From positions 640,001-704,000 of the forward strand of contig CBDCTZ010000016.1 of assembly GCA_965222375.1 (NCBI GenBank): a stretch of DNA of 64,000 nucleotides, given 5' to 3'. The stretch's first letter is position 1. Every line of letters starts with the position of its first letter. The notes beneath the pieces are model-generated. The model made no database searches. It was not told where the DNA came from and was given only the letters and a program-made list of their open reading frames with translations. The position numbers and the translations under genes were made by a program. This stretch comes from Polyangiaceae bacterium (GTDB lineage: Bacteria > Myxococcota_A > Polyangia > Polyangiales > Polyangiaceae). Shown here piece by piece: positions 60,398 through 64,000 of this stretch.

Positions 60398-60901
60398 ATG
60401 GCTCGAGCTGGTTTTTGGCGCCGGTTGCGGTATGACAGCGGTGTTTTGCTTATCCTGGGAATTGGTCGGGGCCGGTACCTGAGCGTGCTCTCGCTGGCGT
60501 TGCTGGGCTTGGGCTGCAGTTCGGATGATGATCGCAAGGAGTGCACGCTGCGCCCGGCCTTCGAGCTCACGGTGCGGGCAGCTTCGGGCCCGGTGCCCGA
60601 CGACATGCGCTTGAAGATCAAATATGGCGGCGGGACCGAAGAGTACGCAGTGTCCGACACGACCCAGACTCAAGAGGTCATGTTCTGTCAGCGCCGGGAC
60701 CCAGACGGCGGGGTGCCCGAAGCCGGCCTGCCCACGGGTGAAGTCTTCTGTAAACTCTGGACCCAGGGTGCCGCCGATCTGACGGTGGAATCCTCCAAGT
60801 ACCCGAAGCTAGAGCGCACCCTCGAGGCCAAGGCCGACGGCGACTGCATCCAGACCGTGGAAGAGGTGGTCGTGCTTTCCCTTCCGGAGGCCGGGATCTG
60901 A
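60398..60901 (+). CDS. Hypothetical lipoprotein
   Basis: Lipobox GLGC-SSDD; start uncertain. Confidence 0.65.
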   Translation: MARAGFWRRLRYDSGVLLILGIGRGRYLSVLSLALLGLGCSSDDDRKECTLRPAFELTVRAASGPVPDDMRLKIKYGGGTEEYAVSDTTQTQEVMFCQRRDPDGGVPEAGLPTGEVFCKLWTQGAADLTVESSKYPKLERTLEAKADGDCIQTVEEVVVLSLPEAGI

Positions 60902-61039
60902 GCCGATCTCTGCCGCCCCGACCCCCTCGAAACACCCCAAAGGATGATCCCCTTCGACAACTCGATGCGGGGGCGCTAGACCGATTCTCTTCCGCGAGGC
61001 CTGGAGCGCGGAGGGGGGTTGTGGGAGCAGGAGGCGAAC

Positions 61040-62188
61040 ATGGGCACCATCGTGCAACGTGACGGGTTTGGCAGTGCGCCGGAGCTAGAGGGCATCGATC
61101 GCCTGGACGGCGCCTGGCAAGCTAGGGGGCATGGGCCACGACTGACGGCCGTGCGCAAAGCGGCGGAGGAGCTGCGCAGCCAGTTCGTGTTCGGCGCGCG
61201 GGCACTCTGCGTCCGCAGCTTGCCGATCACCACCTTGGCATACCCGACTAAATACGCCTTCTGGGGCGCGCCGCTTTCGCCTGCGCCCTACGTGGTGATG
61301 ACTCACCGCGCGCTGCTGGTCCAGTTCCAGCAACGCGGACAGCTCAAGACGCTGCTCTTCAACCCGACGGACGATGTGGCTTCTCGGGAGACGCCCTACT
61401 TCAAGCGCATGATCCGGCAAGTTGGTGACTACGTCGCTTTCCATCTGCTCGCGAAGAAGCTCGATTCCTTGGAGTACCAGCTTTCGCAACTAGGGCTCGC
61501 ACCCGGCGACATCGACTACGTGGCTTTCGACCACTTCCACACCCAAGACGTGCGCTCCCTGCTAGGCACCGTGGACGGCGAATACGCCTCGCGCTTCCCG
61601 CGAGCGAGGCTCTTGGCTCCGGTGGCGGAGTGGGACGATTGGGACGATCTGCACCCCATGCAGCGCGCCTGGTTCGTGCCCGATGGCAAGCGCGGCGTTC
61701 GCACGGAAAAAGTGGTGCTCACGGAAGGCGATTTCTGGCTCGGCGATGGCGTTCTGCTGTTGTCCACCCCCGGTCACACTTCGGGCAACCAGACGCTCTT
61801 CATCAACACGTCGGACGGCGTATGGGGCTGCAGCGAAAACGGTACCTGTGCTGACAACTGGACGCCGATTGAAAGTCGCATTCGTGGATTATCGGCGCTG
61901 TGCCGCAATCAGGATCTGGATGTGATTCTCAACTCCAACACTCCAGAATTCGGTGCGACTCAATACACATCCATGGTGCTCGAGCGCACTCTCGTGGACC
62001 GAGTCAATCGCAATCCGGGTTTCTGCCAGATGTTCCCCTCCAGCGAAGTGATGCCATCGGCCATCTCGCCCGGGTTACGTCCGACAGTGGTTCACGGCAA
62101 TCTGGTTTACGGTGAGGTGACGCGGCCGGACTCGCACGTGGCGCAGCGACGCGGTGCCACGGCGCGCCCCGTGGTCTCAGCCGAGTGA
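61040..62188 (+). CDS. Metallo-beta-lactamase-fold hydrolase-like protein
   Basis: DIDYVAFDHFHTQD and TPGHTSGN; AGGAGG RBS. Confidence 0.75.
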   Translation: MGTIVQRDGFGSAPELEGIDRLDGAWQARGHGPRLTAVRKAAEELRSQFVFGARALCVRSLPITTLAYPTKYAFWGAPLSPAPYVVMTHRALLVQFQQRGQLKTLLFNPTDDVASRETPYFKRMIRQVGDYVAFHLLAKKLDSLEYQLSQLGLAPGDIDYVAFDHFHTQDVRSLLGTVDGEYASRFPRARLLAPVAEWDDWDDLHPMQRAWFVPDGKRGVRTEKVVLTEGDFWLGDGVLLLSTPGHTSGNQTLFINTSDGVWGCSENGTCADNWTPIESRIRGLSALCRNQDLDVILNSNTPEFGATQYTSMVLERTLVDRVNRNPGFCQMFPSSEVMPSAISPGLRPTVVHGNLVYGEVTRPDSHVAQRRGATARPVVSAE

Positions 62189-62300
62189 AATCGGTGACCC
62201 GCGAAAGGGCGGCGAAACGAGACGGCGCTCTCCGTGGTTCTCAGCCGAGCAGGCGCGCCGGGCGTGTGCGCCATGCAAGAAGGCGCGCGGGCTGCCAGCG

Positions 62301-62924
62301 CTACTTCTTCTTCGGCGGCGGCGGGGGCAAGTCTGCGCCGATGTCGATGCGCGGTCCGTGAGATCGGAGTACAGCGCGTTCCCGGCCGTATTCGTCTCCG
62401 ACCTGGCCCTCAACGACTAGCTCGGTGATGCCGACGTCGCGGCAGAAGGTCGTAGTCACTTTTCGGCTGCCCTTTTGTTCGACAGTTTCGACGCAGTCGG
62501 CGAAAGAGCCCGCGGGAGTATTCATCGATTTGCCAACCTGAGTGACTTCCACTTCGCCGAAGTCGCCCTTGTAGCGCATGCCCTTTGTGAGGGGTGACTT
62601 CAAAAGCCAGCCGCCCTCAGAGAGTCGGATGCCACTCGCCACGAGTTCGAGGCGCTTGGCGCGTCCGGCCACGTACAGCTCGGCGTGCTCTGCGCGTGTG
62701 CGCCGCACCTGCATGACCAACATGCCTTTCTCACCGGAGATCTCGCTCTCAGTATCGTAGGCGAGGACCGTGTCGGCTAGCAGCGGGAAGTAGCGCTCCA
62801 CATCCGTTACTTGGGGCTTTGCTTCGACTCTCGGAGCCCTAGCCGGTTCGGTGCTGCCGCCACAGCCCAAGGCAACCAGGACCGGGAGTCCGGTGACGAA
62901 GGCGTTCTTCCAGGGAGAGCTCAT
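62301..62924 (-). CDS. Hypothetical lipoprotein
   Basis: Lipobox ALGC; YFPL and TPAGSFADC motifs. Confidence 0.72.
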   Translation of the reverse strand: MSSPWKNAFVTGLPVLVALGCGGSTEPARAPRVEAKPQVTDVERYFPLLADTVLAYDTESEISGEKGMLVMQVRRTRAEHAELYVAGRAKRLELVASGIRLSEGGWLLKSPLTKGMRYKGDFGEVEVTQVGKSMNTPAGSFADCVETVEQKGSRKVTTTFCRDVGITELVVEGQVGDEYGRERAVLRSHGPRIDIGADLPPPPPKKK

Positions 62925-62927
62925 TGT

Positions 62928-63443
62928 TCAATGACCATGCGAGAAGTAGGAGTGCAGCGTCAGGAATACGAGAAGGACCACCGAAGCGAGCAACAGGTAC
63001 TTCATCAGTGGGTCGGGTTGGGTGCGATGAGCCAATTCCATCGCTGCTTCCCGGACGCGACGCCTCTTGCTCTTGCCTGCCAGCTCCCGCGCTCCGGTCA
63101 GCGTCGTTGAGTAGTCTCCTGACTCGAACGCGGCGATGAGTTTGTCCAATTCGGGATCCTTCGGAAAATCTAGCAGGAACCGAGGCCGCTCACGACCTGC
63201 GGCGTCCAGCGGCTCCCTCTTGGTGGTCTTCGTTTTCTTCTTCTTGGGTTTGGATGCACGTGGGGGTGGTGTGCGTTCATCGTCGTTGGAAGCAGCGGTG
63301 TTTTCCGGTATTTCTTCGTTCTTCGAAGCCTCGCGGCCTCTTGTGGCGTCCTCTCCCGTCGAAGCCTCGGGGCCCTCTGGGGCATCCTCTGCCGTTGAAG
63401 TGTCGGAGTCTTCCGCGACTTCTTTGTCGTCCGGGTCGGCCAT
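62928..63443 (-). CDS. Hypothetical protein with C-terminal TM helix
   Basis: Acidic N-terminus, FPKDPELD, hydrophobic tail. Confidence 0.65.
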   Translation of the reverse strand: MADPDDKEVAEDSDTSTAEDAPEGPEASTGEDATRGREASKNEEIPENTAASNDDERTPPPRASKPKKKKTKTTKREPLDAAGRERPRFLLDFPKDPELDKLIAAFESGDYSTTLTGARELAGKSKRRRVREAAMELAHRTQPDPLMKYLLLASVVLLVFLTLHSYFSHGH

Positions 63444-63662
63444 GGCGGCGGACCGTAGCAAAGGCGCCAAGTTGGGGCGAGAACAACTGGGGTTGCGCTC
63501 CCCCTTGGCTTCTGCGCGCGGGCAAACGTGGCTGCGCCGGTTCAAAGCCTGGACGGTAGCCGGTAGCTAGCCGAGACAAGGAATGACCCTCGTCTTCAGC
63601 CCCGCTTCTACTTTGGGGCGAGGACGGCTCAGGTCGCCCTCGCATCGCCTAGTTGCGGTCGG

Positions 63663-64000
63663 TTATTGGCACTTCCCTCCGCTGCAGAAGAAGTTCGGGC
63701 ACACCGTGTTGCACTTGCCGCAGTGGTTCGGGTCCACATCGGTGTTGGTGCAGATGCCTCCGCAGTAGGTCGTGCCTGCGGGGCACTGACACTTCCCTCC
63801 GGCGCAGCTCACGCCGTTGGGGCACTTCTGCCCACACCCTCCGCAGTTGGCGGCGTCCGTGTTGGTGTCGACGCACTTGGCATTGCATGAGGTTTGCCCG
63901 GTGGGGCAATTGCACTTGCCAGCCGCACACGTGACGCCCGATGGGCACTTGTTGTTGCACTTGCCACAGTTGTTGACGTCTGTGTCTAGGTCGAAGCAGC
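63663..64000 (-). CDS. 3' end of a Cys-rich repeat protein (truncated by window end)
   Basis: Three CxDxxTDxxNCGxCxxxC-type repeats ending in TAA at 63663-63665; missing from the ORF track. Confidence 0.85.
   Translation of the reverse strand, partial: CFDLDTDVNNCGKCNNKCPSGVTCAAGKCNCPTGQTSCNAKCVDTNTDAANCGGCGQKCPNGVSCAGGKCQCPAGTTYCGGICTNTDVDPNHCGKCNTVCPNFFCSGGKCQ

Overview
A GC-rich bacterial chromosomal segment, most likely from a myxobacterium (Myxococcota, Polyangiaceae-like). That inference rests on the many Gly-rich and Cys-rich lipoproteins, a MYXO-CTERM-type sorting tail, PEGA/TPR proteins, a Ser/Thr kinase and an ECF sigma cassette. Most of the window is envelope, secreted and signalling genes. 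The accessory hotspot is about 33.4-38.1 kb. It holds a complete RT-encoding group II intron (33489-35449) that appears to end in a non-canonical AG, matched by a compensatory C in J2/3, and is inserted into a REP-like hairpin. Next come a vapBC module whose toxin has one in-frame TAA, and an orphan repeat-spacer-repeat unit (36+36+36 bp) whose repeat can fold as an H-type pseudoknot like type V-M (Cas12m) repeats, with no cas gene in the window. A TetR gene with a perfect operator palindrome, tandem repeats and a gene remnant close the hotspot. Elsewhere there is a circularly permuted DUF3179 protein facing a canonical DUF3179 gene, an OmpA protein with reversed domain order, a signal-less duplicate of a Cys-rich lipoprotein, a kinase-like plus PLP-enzyme plus AKR operon, and an IS110 remnant. 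No rRNA or tRNA genes were recognised. All family calls are by-eye motif recognition, not database searches.
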